Origin: Glaucostegus cemiculus | Lineage: Eukaryota | NCBI GenBank assembly: GCA_976551045.1 | Contig: CDPCPM010000370.1 | Coordinates: forward strand, 1,240,001 to 1,304,000 | DNA length: 64,000 bases | Direction of reading: 5' to 3' | In this document: positions 51,533 through 64,000 of the stretch, in pieces | Layout of the letters: each line of letters opens with the position of its first letter | Numbering within the stretch: position 1 is the stretch's first letter | Translations under genes and position numbers: made by a program | The notes under the pieces: generated by a model | Databases searched by the model: none | Told to the model about the DNA's origin: nothing | What the model saw: only the letters and a program-made list of their open reading frames with translations

Positions 51533-54500
51533 GTGAGAAACATCCTTGATTCACTGACTGATCAGTTGTGATTTTACTGGGTGGCTCATGTTATTTTGGC
51601 AAATAATTCCACTACGTATGTTTTGCATTCTGTAGAATTCTGGGTGATGCTCTTCTGAAAAATGTGATGTGATACTGCTGCAGGGAAATCATGGAATTGA
51701 ATTTTGCCCATGCTGATTCCAATTGATGCATTGACCTTCAGGTTTTGTGATTTAAGTTGTATTTGATCAAGTATGTTTGCGCCCTGATTGCTTTCAGTGC
51801 ATTGGTGTTTTGAAATTGTTTAAAATGTATACAATGATGATCCTGGGAAATAACCAACTGCCGTTCGTGATCCAAAGCAAAACTTTGTATCAATCTGCCC
51901 AGGGAATACAACAATGCAAGAACAGGTAAATTTTGAGTTCAACATAAGCATGTTTCCGAAGTGTGTGTTTTAATTGGTGTAATCGCAGAGCAATAACGAA
52001 CATTTTATTTTAGATTGGACCCGTAACAGTCCAACGTTTACATACTATGAGAATTATACTGATTACAAGTGATAAATAGTGTCTTTGACCAATATCGCAG
52101 TTGTGCTCCAAATTCGCAATCCGTGAAACGTGATCCATGGAATCAGAATCCAGTGGTCTTTATGGTATTCAGGGTTAATTTAACACAGTTTGCTTATTGA
52201 AAGCAAGGTTTGGTAGAATTTTATTGGAGATTATTCTGCAACTAATTCTGGTGAATTAGTTTCGAAAAATAATGTTATGAGATACAGCCCATCAGTGACA
52301 TAGTTTAGTGATTGTCTCTGTGTGACAACATGTCACGATATTTCAATGACCGGCCCTTCTAAAAGCTTAATCCAAGTGGCCGTGAATGTTGCGGCTTTAC
52401 TCAGTGTGGGGTCAGATCATCTGACAGAAAGCACGTCAGTAAAATGACTATGTTTTTAACTAGTTACTGGAAATAAGAAACATAAATAGTAAATTCTACA
52501 AACACGCAGCGTATCCGACACATGTGCGTGAAGAGCAATAGAGATTAATTTTCAGCTTGAGATCCTTCGTCAGGAATAGTCTTCGAAGGGTCATCGACCT
52601 GACCTGAAATTTTTACTTAGTCTCTCTTTCCGCAGATGTTGCCTGACATGCTGAACGTTTCCTGCAAACTGATGTTTCAGACACGCAAGTAAACTGTTTG
52701 GGGCAATATATTGGCTAGTTTTCGGTAGATTTCAGAATTCGAATGAAATTTACCGAAGTGACGTTTTAAATTCCAAACTTGGCTCCCGATGAAATATACG
52801 AGATATTAAATATTGAAATATAATATCTCACAATTGAAATAATCATCCATTTGTGATGGTAATAATTAATGGATTGGCAGTTTGAAGAATAGTTATGGGA
52901 ATAAAATGGCAAGTTATTTAATAATAAAGTACGAACTGCAAATGTTGTGCGTTCGGTAGTTTCCAGTTGATAACTGCAAATACACAGCAGTTTAATCACT
53001 TCTCAGCCTTAAATCATACCTTCATTCTCCTTGAATATAATTTTCTGTTCAGTAACAAATCCAATATCATATGATTAAGGGCAATTCAAAGCTGCTTAAA
53101 AATTAATTGGGATCTCAACAATTTTTAATTTGATTTTTAATAAATTCAGCGAAGGTACACAGTCTGTTGTAATATTTCATTCGAAGGGTTAATGTGATCC
53201 TTATATTATTCCCTTCTGCCGGTTTCCAACAGTTGTGCTGCTGATACAGAATTTACTCAGGTATTATGTTGAGCGTATATTTTTAAATGCTCACAAATTC
53301 AATCTCCCCTGTGCATTGCCCAGTGTGAATGAAATGCTTCTTTCAGTTCGAACTGATCATTACAAACATTGCATATCATAATTATCAGGATATAACTAAG
53401 TTTTGTTTTTCATTTTTGTGAATGATAGGAGTCAAGAGAGTCAAATATTCAGTGTACTGTTTATCATCAAATAACGGTGCCTCCACACAAATTCCATTTA
53501 TTTTCTGAGTCCGCTTGGTCTTATTGACAAATTTGTGGCCATGCCCAGGAGCTAATTTATGATAGTTTATTTGTAGCTTCTCACAATCTGTCGTCCTGGG
53601 TCCAATATTGGGAAAACCACTGTTTTGCAGTCCATCGTGGTTAGTGCAATTTTACGCTGCCAAACTCTGAACTATTGCAATGTCAGAACCTTAATACATT
53701 ATCAGGAATATGCTCCGAGTATGAGGAAATTAAATTAAATTGTAAATATCTGGAGTTGGGAGGACAGGTAGAAGTTTCAAGCTATATTAACAGGTTTTAT
53801 TTAAATATATAATGCTCCAAAATAGTCTTTCATTCATGCAATTGTTGATGATTTTAAAATGTGATACACTCCCCCAATTCATATTCTAAAATTTGTCGGC
53901 CAGTCAAAAACTGGTGTAAAATTTCTACTCCTCAGAGTACAGTTGATCAATATGAATATTAATTCCCATTGAAAATATGTTAAACCAAACTGGTTTGACA
54001 CTATCCTTCTTATCGCATTGGTTTACACTATGTGAAATATCAACGGCTGGATAAAAGCTTTCACTTTATCTAAATTGAGAGATCCTCAGTTGAGAGATCA
54101 GCGTATTTCATTGTTCTACCCAGCTGTACAAAGCATTGCTGTTGATCTCAGCGACTTTACCCCGGATTTTCTGTGACGATATAAAATCTTCCGCTTAATC
54201 ACCAATTTAAAACAACCGACATCGTGCCTCTGAATTGGCATCACTGCGCCAAATGCCATGGGATGTTCTTAAGTGAGTTTAAAAAATTCAAAGGAATATG
54301 ATTGTGTGGGTCAGCACACTCAAAGAACGTAAAGTGAAATTGTTTGGTGTTCAATATTGTTTTACCCAATGGGATTGCAATTTTCATGGAAATAATCTGC
54401 AGATTCAAATAATTGGGCAGTAAATAGATACCAGAAGTTCTGAAAGTGACAGATCCCACAGATCTGTTTTCGATTTAGGCACCGTTTTTGCGTGTCTGTT

Positions 54501-55870
54501 TCCACGCCACTTATCGCCTGCTTAGAATCACATATTTTACTGCCTGGATGTTAATCTCACATTTCCCTTTCTTGCATTTCGGTGTCATTTGGCCTCGCAA
54601 GTGCGTTCATTTTTATCTACGCGTTAAGGGCGACTGCTTTACTCAAACCGATTAGATGCTTTTGGAAGACAGCTGGTGGCATTCAGATTGAGCAAGTCCA
54701 TGGAAGCACAGTCGGAGTTCAGAACAAGATTAATACAATGGATAAAAAATGCTCCGGCTGAATCTGGGTGGCAGGTTGTGAGTTGGTGCGGGGTTGCGGG
54801 GGAGGGGGTGGTGGTGGTGAAGGCAGACATTTCGCTTACGGCACACATCAGCTGGATGTTCATTTAACATTCCTGTCCTATTTTCATCGATCAGCTTGTC
54901 CAACAGGGAGTACGGCGAGCTCTGTCCGAGCCAACAAACAGTTTGAATTGCGAGACACATTTATTCAGACACGGAAGGACAACGACATGTTTTCTGGCAC
55001 TTCTTCTGATTGCCTTATGAAACACAACATGACAGTATGGCGGTGGAGGGGCGTGATCATGTTTAAGTAAATATTAATTGTAGCCACAGGGCATTTCAGG
55101 TAACTGATTGTTCTTGGGAAGTTGACGACTTAAGGCTGGAGGCCCAGCGATGTATTTATCACCGCGGACACTGTAAGGCTTTCAGTTTAACTTGCAGCTG
55201 GTGGCGTTCCAAGGATATTGTAATCAATGTAATTCTCAGCGGAAGAATTCCCGGAATCACCTGCTGTTGAGGATTTCATGTCATGTTGCTGCAGTGTACA
55301 GTACAGATAACCCACTGCAGAAACACGTCGCGTACCTTTGATTGATAAAGAGCAAAGCGTGGTTGGATGGGCGAAAATACATCGAACTATATTGTTCTCT
55401 TACTCGTGGTCGATGTGTTCTGCTTTATCCGCATAGAATGGGAAACATTCCGACAGAAAGCTCGATTGTGCCGTGTGGATTGCGGGTCGCTTTTTGCCGC
55501 GCCAAGAGGTGTAGCTAAAAGAACACTCCCCATTTTGGCTTTGTGTCTGCGCAGTTTATTTTGTTCTGTGAATTTTGTAAAGTTTTGCTGACAGAGAGCT
55601 CGGGGTTCACACGGCGCCTGGAATTCAAGGATAGATTTTTTTTTTAATCTTCTGGAAGTGCTTATTGCAATAATTTTCAACTGGATGTTGCAGAAAGAAA
55701 TTCGCGCTGATGAGACCATGTTGTGTCGATATGCTATTATATGGTTTTGACAAATTCATGAACCAGGCAAATGCAAAAAAAAGATTCATATATAATGAAT
55801 GTTTGATGGGATTGAATATGGATGAGCAAGAATAGAATGTTGATTTTTTCATGTGACCATTCTCTTCCAG

Positions 55871-56167
55871 CGGCACCGTCTGTCCCCTCCCTCTACGCTC
55901 TCCTCTCCTGTGACCAACCCAGTCAGGCCGGGTCGATCACCTTCGGTTGTTTGGCGATGGACTACTCTCCGACGGGCATCAGTGTTTCCTGGAAGAAAGA
56001 TAAACTGCCGGTCACCACCGGACTGAAGAGCTACCCCGCAGTGTTCAACGAGAAGGGAACTTACACCCGCAGCAGCCAGTTAACCATTACTGAGTCAGAG
56101 GCAGGGAACAGCACCATATACTGCGTGGTTCAGTATCGGGATGCAGTCATGGAGGTCAAAATGCCCG
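55871..56167 (+). CDS. IGHM: IgM constant exon Cmu1
   Basis: Acceptor [21 protein letters not shown]...[10 protein letters not shown]...SWKKD...[29 protein letters not shown]...IYC...MP. Donor GTTAGT. Confidence 0.95.
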
Positions 56168-57142
56168 GTTAGTGTTGGGATAAACAGCGGGGGCGAGCAT
56201 TGTGAAGTTTACCATTTAGAAAAGAACGTGGTCAAATTCCACAGAACATTGGTCATACTGGACTTAATATGTTATCAATTTTCCATTATCCTTGTCACAT
56301 TGATCGTGCAGCGCGTTGCGCAAAACAACATAAACCTTTTAGCGAAGTACCAACACTTCAAGTTCACATATAACTGGTAAAATGGAGGGCACACGCCTGG
56401 AGACGAAATGGCATATAAAACACTGCTCACAGTTAAATCTTCAATGTAACGACCAGTGGTTTATGATCTCAGTAGAAAATAAACACATAAACTGTGAGGA
56501 CCTTTTCCCGTAACTGAGGGATGAGAGCGACCCAGAAATATCGAGGAATTGATTTTTCCTCTTGCGAGATGGGAATTAGTGCCTTTAATTATAAGCATTT
56601 CACGGGTTTGTAAAATAGTAGAGGTATTTGTCCGGGTAGAGAGATGAAAAACAGTGAGAACGAAGTGAATATGGTTGCAGACACGTCCATGTTAATGTTG
56701 TAGAAGCTTATCTATCTTGAGGTTAATTAGCTTGTCGTATTCACCAATACATTGTGCCGTTGAAGCCACGTTATTACGAGGCTTAGGTGGTCTTTAGAAT
56801 CATAGAAACGGAGACGTTCAGCGCAAAAATAACCCATTCGTCTTTTCACGTCCATGCCGACAATGCAGTAATTATCTACACTGCCCATTTTACTAGCATT
56901 TCGTTAATTGTCTTTATAAGTCCCTGTTTTAATCGGATTTTGCGAAGTCAACGGCGGTGAACGAAGTTTAAGGCAGTATTTATTAAGCCTCAAAGAAAAG
57001 AAGTTACATTGGCGGAAAGGAATATCCCACTTAATCTTCTTCTTGTCTGCATTGTGCATTCAGTGCCAGTAAATCGCATTCTTCATTTATGATCGATTGC
57101 ATTTTAAGAACAATTCCAATGCCGTTTTTTTTTTCCTGCAAG

Positions 57143-57454
57143 ATCGAACAGTGTTTCATCCCACTATCGTGATCACTGTGAATGGCATTGATGAAATAAG
57201 AATGAGTAGAAAAGTGACAGCCGTGTGTTCGATCACCGAGTTCCGTCCCGCGAAACTGACCGCGACGTGGTTAAGGAATGGGCAGCCCTTGAATTCAGGC
57301 GTCGTCACTTCCCCTGCCTTTGAGGTGAACGGGAATTTCTCGGCGACCAGCTGGGTCACATTCCCTGCCGCAGAATGGTTCAGTGGTTCGGTATTTACCT
57401 GCCAGGTCACCCATAGAAATAACACACAAAGCCGAAACATCAGCATCTCTCAAG
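57143..57454 (+). CDS. IGHM: IgM constant exon Cmu2
   Basis: Polypyrimidine tract and CAAG acceptor. DRTVFHPTI...VCSITEFRP...WLRNGQ...EVNGNFSATS...EWFSGSVFTCQVTH...SRNISISQ. Donor GTAAGA. Confidence 0.95.
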
Positions 57455-57649
57455 GTAAGAGATCATCGCTGGAAAGTCCTAAATCTCAGTGTGATTGCGG
57501 ACAACAGTCGAAGTTCTACGGTCACTAACATTGGGACAGGGCAGACATAGTTGCTCCTTCCATCTTTGATGTTTCTCTCAGGTCAGAGCTGGAATGTAGT
57601 CACATACGATTTTGTGCTACAAACCAGGGATACATTGCCGGGAAAGAAT

Positions 57650-57730
57650 TTTATTATTTGTCATATTGCACGGTAACAGGCTCATCCGGCCCTGCTAATC
57701 CGCGTCTCCCATTTTAAACCCATGTTAACC
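57650..57730 (-). mobile_element. SINE 3' fragment in the Cmu2-Cmu3 intron
   Basis: GGTAACAGGC...CGGCCC...CCCATTTTAAACCC matches the 3' part of the SINE at 62.4 kb. Confidence 0.65.
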
Positions 57731-57820
57731 TGCGCATGCTTATTAAAACCTTGTTTGGTGAATCTTGTGTTACCATTTCTGCTGGTGAATCTTGTCTTGA
57801 TTTTCATTTCTGTGTGACAG

Positions 57821-58126
57821 ATCCGAACTGTTACGAAGAACAGATTACAATTCAGCCACCAAGACTGGAACAGGTCTTACTAGAGGCGTCTGTGACCTTA
57901 ACCTGCATCGTATCTCATGCACCTTATGGCGTCCAAGTGGCCTGGAGACAAGGAGAGAAGCAGTTGAAATCAGAGGTTACCTTCCAGCCAGGAGAGGCCC
58001 GCGACAGCGTGATCAGCAACCTGAAAATCTCGACGCAAGCCTGGCTGAGTGGGGATGAATTCCATTGCGTGGTGAGCCACATGGAAATGCCAACTCCGAA
58101 AAGGGCTTCGATCCGCAAGTACGATG
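57821..58126 (+). CDS. IGHM: IgM constant exon Cmu3
   Basis: Acceptor [47 protein letters not shown]...[32 protein letters not shown]. Donor GTATGG. Confidence 0.95.
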
Positions 58127-59451
58127 GTATGGTGGGATTCGTGGGAAGGAAAATTGCTCTTTTCTTTATTGTTACGAAATATATATGTATAAGAAAGTCC
58201 ATAATGTTGGGCAAAATTTGTGGAAAGAATCTCAGTGCTTAATGTTTCATGAAATGCAATCTTCAGGACTGAGAGAGAGAAAGCACGCGTGAAGCTGCAT
58301 AGTAGCTAAAGGACATATGGAATGGACAAAGGGAATATGGCTAACAGGATGTGATATGGGTTACCATGGGGTGAAGTTATCGAAGATACACAGTCGAAAA
58401 TTTTAATGAGAACAATCAGCGTATGTAAACGCAAAGCGGGAGGCGTAATGTGTTGCAAATAACAGTAATGTTAGGTACACTCAGTAATCAGGTTGTGTTA
58501 ATGGAGGGATAGTAACTGAGCTAGTGTCGCGTCTAGCAGAAGTGGGCATGTCTGAAACAGACAGAGGGAGCGATTTACATGAAAGCCTGAAAAATAAACT
58601 GCAGGTTTCCTGATATCTGAAAGAAGTTCCTTGAAGGTGGATAATTCGCTATTGAATCCAAGAATCTGCAACATACGCTGACGGAGGACGGAGTGTTGTT
58701 TCGTATGCTTATGTTGGGCCTCGTTATAGAAGTGTAGGATGACACTTACAGACAGATTTGAGCAGAAAGATTTTGCACTTTTTCTCAGCATTCTCTGAAT
58801 ACCCAGTTGTTTCCTTTTCTTTTGTCTATTGCACCCCCGCCAGCTCTGCAACTGAACACATTGGTCTATTTTTTCTTCCATATCTCAGGAAGATTTGCGA
58901 TCTGATACGTGAAATCCCTCCTTTTTGCGCACACGCTGTCTGACATGCTGAGTGTTTCCTGCAATTTCAATTATTTTATTTTGCATTTCTAGAAGATGCA
59001 TGCTCATTTTCGCTTCTTTATCATTAATTCCTTTTCCGAACTGGAACTCAAAGATAATAGTTTCCCTAATTGAATCATCGCGACCATGACAAAATATAAA
59101 TAAGTGGTCGTTGATACGTGAATGAGGTAGATCGTCCATGCCAGAAATGCATTTAGAGATATACTATAATATTGGCATGAGATCCTCATGATGTAGCAAC
59201 ACTGGCATTGGTAGTGGGGTGGAAATGACTTGAACCTGTACTGTAAGTTTCATCTAATATTACAGAAAACCTTCCAGCTTCTCCAGAAAATAGCGCAAAC
59301 TCCTCTATCCAGTTCCGCAAAAGAGCGAACGGTCACAGAAGTCAGATTTAATATAATTAACCTTTAGCTCACATTCCCTTCATGCCTCAATCTATCAGTT
59401 TCTCGTCTCTAATTCCTCAATGTAATGAATGCTCTCGCAATCGCTCCGCAG

Positions 59452-59843
59452 ATCCACATCCGCGGGAACCATCCGTATCCGTCCACCTTCCGCCGACAGA
59501 TGAAGTCTCCGCTCAGAAGTCTATAACTCTCACCTGCTTTGTGAGAGGTTTCTCCCCTCGCCAAATCTTCGTTAAATGGACGGTCAATCACAAGCCAGTG
59601 GATTCGCGCAACTACAAGAACACCGAGGTGGTGGCGGAGAAGGACAACAGAACCTTCTTCATGTACAGTGTGTTAACCGTTGGGTCGGAGCAGTGGAATA
59701 GCGGTGCGTCTGTCTCCTGTGTAGTTGGACACGAAACCCTCCCCATGAAGACCATCACCAGAACGGTCAATCGGTCTAGCGGTAAACCCAGTTTTGTCAA
59801 CGTTTCCCTTATACTGATGGATGCTGCCAATACTTGTCAATGA
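59452..59843 (+). CDS. IGHM: IgM constant exon Cmu4 plus secretory tailpiece
   Basis: Acceptor [20 protein letters not shown]...[17 protein letters not shown]...[10 protein letters not shown]...[22 protein letters not shown]. Internal donor G|GTAAAC at 59782 for the membrane form. Confidence 0.96.
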
Positions 59844-59869
59844 GAATCTCTTGACTCTCGAGAGATACA

Positions 59870-59885
59870 AATAAATACAAATAAA
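59870..59885 (+). terminator. Secretory-form poly(A) signals (two AATAAA)
   Basis: AATAAA at 59870 and 59880, ~27 nt after the stop. Confidence 0.75.
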
Positions 59886-62196
59886 TACTGTGTTTCTTCC
59901 AATGTTCACCTGACCCTGAGAACACTTCGCTAATTGTTTGCTAATTTTACTTAGGGACGGCTGTACTTGTGAGGGCGTTGTGGTCTGTCAAACCAGTGCT
60001 CCTGTATCAAATTCAATAGGGGTTTGGAGATAATTTATAGCTCCATCGTTGTCGCGCTCCCGGACACACTTGAGAGCCATTTTTTTTGTTGTTGTTGTGC
60101 TAATTCGGATCCAATGTTCTGGACTTCCGTTTTCTATTTTTTTTTACTGTTCTCCATTCATTCGGAATGGAACAAGAGCAGGATCTCAGCCACTGAGCCT
60201 TGTGCAGAGTTCCACGTCAGACAGCAGTCTGTAACTCAAACTTCCCTACGAGCGGTCAAGCTAAGAGCTACTGCCCAGACAGTTTTACACACATTTCCTC
60301 AGCAAGGCGTTGACATTCTCATCGATACTCTGAAATGCGATTGAAACACACATTTCTGTGATCGCAAGAAATATTATCTGAACACGGATTATAATCAGGG
60401 CCATCAAACAGACCCCGAAATCTTAAAACGAAACCTTTGCTAAATGGCTGATTCAAACCTCTCACAATCACGCAAGGGTACGCACAAAACGACAGGGAGA
60501 GGACTGCTGTTTCATATGGACGCCAATAAAACGGACACATGAACACCAGTCATCAGCACGTAGACATTGACACATAGCAGACACATGTAATCACAAGGGC
60601 AAGAATGTCACAGCCGCTCGCTCACACGCAAACACAAACACACGGAAAGGCCTGCACTCCCAAATGCTTTGTTCGTACATTTATGAATAAATAATGGACA
60701 GAAAGCTGTTCGTATGCTTCTTGCAGGTGTGACTGCCGTTTTCAGACTTTTGGTAGTTAGGAGAAGAGAAGGTTTCCTCCAATCTTGTGATATCAATAGA
60801 TTTCCACGAAAAGATCTCCGCAAGGTAGATAACCAGGATACATGGTCACAACTGAGACCAAAATGTCGAGAGATCGCTTCTCAGAGGGTTGTAAAACTCC
60901 TGCGTTCTCTGATACAGATTTCTCCAGTCCTTCAATGTAATGTACTCCAGAATGTGACAGAATGTTCAGGCGACTGAGCGGGAACGGATATGAGAGTAAA
61001 AGATGAACATGAAGTTAGTCCCAAATATCAGATGGGGAGATATATTTAATGGCGAGCCCTGGCTCTCGCACCCACACCTACATAAAGCATATGAATATTT
61101 CAAGCATATACTAAACCAAAGAAAATATCGAGCTGATTATACAACTATTCACTTACATACAAAAAATAAGTAAACATAAATCCATGAAACTGCAGCAACA
61201 AATTCCAACATTCAAACATTTGTTGACACATTTTCTGACACATCAATGGACACGCATACAAAAATTCGCATAACTGTGTATGAACAGGTATGTTTGCCAG
61301 GTCATTCGTTTATTCACAAACTAATGTTGACGAGCGCTCGAGAAGATGCTTGACAAACTCAGACGCACATGTCCTAAATCGTATAGATGCACAACACCAA
61401 CCTGTAAATTGCAAATACGAGCACACGGACATACGCAGACATGGACACATAGACACATTTACAAACCAACAACCCTGCAGGGAAATGAAGGAAGTAATAA
61501 ACATCAATTTAAACATTTGAAGAAAACTTCGCGTCGACGCAGTGGACGGCACAGGAAGAACAGACTGAATGTGAGAACTCATAATCAATCACACGATAGA
61601 AAGGACTAAATCTCAATGAACTAGATTTAGGCAATGCATGTACACCGCACATTTCTTGAACAGGCAAAGTCTCTAAAATATATTTATAATGCAGTGTTAT
61701 GGAGGACTGCAATATATCCCTTTATTCTGACCCTGCAAGTATCAAGCAACAAGGTTCTTTGGGGTTAATGAATGCAAGTTAATGGCATCAAACATGCTGC
61801 ATCCAGTAAATCCTCTCGATGAACATCATTTAACATTTCCAGATACGTTTTAGACAAGCATAGCAAAAATAACCTAAATCAATTGGTACATTGCTACGCC
61901 TAACAGATCGTTACATTCTTGGACGGGGTATATAGACTGAACAACGTATACCGGAAAGATATACATGTAACTATCACCGACAGTAAATATGAACCAGTGA
62001 GGTGGGCCGCTGATGTTAGAACAGGCATTGCTTGCTGAGAACTATATTTTGAGGAAGCTGACCATAACACAAAGGGTCACTGAAAATTAAGTTCACAGAT
62101 AAAATTGGATGTTCACGGAAAATTAACAAAACATGAAAGAAAGGATTCCTGGGCTGGATATCAATGAGAACATGTTTCCTTTTCTGATTTCTTTAG

Positions 62197-62324
62197 ATTT
62201 ACCTGACAGCCACAAGATTGAAAACTATGAAGGAGACAGAGAGAATATCTGGACAATGGCTTCCACATTCATCATCCTGTTCTTCCTGAGCATTTCCTAC
62301 GGCGCTGCCTTAACTCTAGTGAAG
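62197..62324 (+). CDS. IGHM: IgM transmembrane exon TM1
   Basis: Acceptor TTTAG. DLPDSHKIENYEGDRENIWTMASTFIILFFLSISYGAALTLVK with the conserved antigen-receptor TM motif. Donor GTGAGT. Confidence 0.95.
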
Positions 62325-62384
62325 GTGAGTTCATTTCACTCACCATTCCACCTGATTGAAGTCAGTGGACAAATATCGAACATT

Positions 62385-62643
62385 TTTAAATTAATTAATT
62401 TTTAATTATTTACAGCATGGTAACAGGCCCTTTCGGCCCTCCGAGTCCACGCCGCCCATTTTAAACCCCGAAATTCATCTACCCGTAGGTCTTTCAGAAT
62501 GTGGGAGGAAACCGGAGCACCCAGAGGAAACCCACGCAGACACGGGAGAACGTACAAACTCCTTACAGAGAGCGACGGGAATCGAACCCCGATCGCTGGC
62601 GCTGTAACAGCGTCGCGCTAACCGCTACGCTATCGTGCCGCCC
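62385..62643 (-). mobile_element. Full-length tRNA-derived V-SINE with CR1-type 3' end, in the TM1-TM2 intron
   Basis: Minus strand GGGCGGCACGATAGCGTAGCGGTTAGCGC (A box), GGTTCGATTCCC (B box), core GGGTTTCCTCTGGGTGCTCCGGTTTCCTCCCACA, then GGCCGAAAGGGCCTGTTACCATGCTGT and an AT-rich tail. Confidence 0.9.
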
Positions 62644-62743
62644 TACTTTTATCCATTCTAATTTTCAATTTTATCCATTGAAAACATGTATTGAAGTTTT
62701 CCATCACTAATCGACTTATATATTCTCTATCCTTCTTTCATAG

Positions 62744-62752
62744 GTCAAGTGA
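62744..62752 (+). CDS. IGHM: IgM TM2 exon (VK*), giving cytoplasmic tail KVK
   Basis: Acceptor TTTCATAG followed by GTC AAG TGA. Candidate poly(A) signal AATAAA at 63477. Confidence 0.9.
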   Translation, partial: VK

Positions 62753-64000
62753 TGGTTGAACCAATGAAGCCAGAGATTTTTCCGATTGTTCCTTGGACAC
62801 CTCAGTTGAAATACATTTAAAAAAATCCCGTTCAGGAACTGTCATGAGTTGGATTTCAGTTCCTCATTCTGTATTGTTCATTATCAGAATTTTCTGCGGC
62901 CACATGTCTCACTAATTCGGCTGTGTTACTTTTAAATCCAGATGTCCTGAGTCAATTCGTCGATTTTTGTTGAATATTCCCAGTTTTTAAACCATGATCC
63001 TTCCCTGTCCTCTTCCCGGCATCCGATGTATTTCTGAAAATAGCTGCCAGAGCAATTTGTTCGCAAGGAGGCCGTTCTTCGTCATTTTCACTTTAAGATG
63101 CATTTAGGTCAGAGAATCCGTAATTAGTGGAATGGCTAAAATATATCTAATGGTCCAAGAACTATCTTGGGATTCTTCTCTTGAAGCCTTCTGCACAAGT
63201 TCCAATTCCACCTCACACAGCTCTTATATCTTCCCGCACTGTACTGTCTATCACGTTATTACATTTCCCGGAATGTAAATTATTCGCATATTCTTGTGTA
63301 AAATTTGTCCTTCTCCATATTCCCACCCTGCCCTGTTTCTTTGCTCTGTTGTGCTTTACAATTGCACAGAGTGCTAGCAGCTCAGACTGCCTGTTCTCAG
63401 GATGAAAAACAATAGTGATTAGCATTTTTTCTTATTTTTCAAACAATATCTACAAATTGTTCTGTGTGTAATAGTCAATAAAGCTGTATTTTCAAAGTCA
63501 CCAATTTGGCATTACATTCCTTTCTACTTACCGTACCCAAGTTGCTGCAATTTGACGATCACTGTGACATCTTTCCCCAGTTACAGTTTCCAACTTGTCT
63601 GCCTCTGCTTGCATCCATGTATCGCCGATTAGTTATACACAACGCCCTCTGGCGGCTCAACACACGGGAGTGACTTCTCTGCGCCATATTATTTCAAGTT
63701 GCAGGAATGAAATGGTGAGCAAGACACAGTTGTAAACTTTAATATTATTGCGGTCTGCAGAGTCAACTGGAATATTACGATGGATTTTCCATACCCACAT
63801 AGAATAAAATAACTCAATTATTGACAATACGTCCTTGTTTTGGAAAATAATATATTTCAGATCATCCAACTATCAGTATCCATGACAATGGGAGCACACA
63901 TAATATGTCTGGTATTGACGTACCACTACTCTTGCAAATACTTCAGAAAATCTCTCTAAAATGGGGCATGGGAATGAGAGGGAAGGATACTACGACTGAA

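Noticed and set aside
51510-51545. CACCATG as a 3' heptamer of a free D segment
   Set aside because: It lies within J coding sequence (GTM) and has no nonamer at 12 or 22/23 bp.
55871-62752. Constant region as IgW, IgNAR or IgM1gj
   Set aside because: Four C domains with Cmu-specific motifs, a mu-type tailpiece and Cmu2 present.

Overview
Eukaryotic (not microbial) DNA from an antigen-receptor locus of a cartilaginous fish, probably a ray/skate or shark (inferred from the cluster-type IgM, CR1 LINEs and V-SINEs). Bases ~8-31 kb hold an array of T-cell receptor alpha/delta-type V segments in both orientations, with 3' 23-spacer RSSs ranging from intact to decayed: three with open frames and four pseudogenes or relics. 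A decayed IgH V-D relic sits inside this array at ~14.3 kb. After ~19 kb of LINE-rich spacer and one N-gap lies a complete, apparently intact IgM heavy-chain cluster (50.3-62.8 kb): leader, VH, J, Cmu1-4 with secretory tail, TM1 and TM2. Its variable part is not the usual V-D-D-J. It looks germline-prejoined as VD (22-RSS) facing DJ (12-RSS), so one recombination would complete it, and the D-J junction carries a perfect palindrome resembling P nucleotides. The 12-RSS of the DJ is also 12/23-compatible with the upstream TCR V segments. Most short ORFs in the track are spurious. All calls are by eye; no database searches were run.
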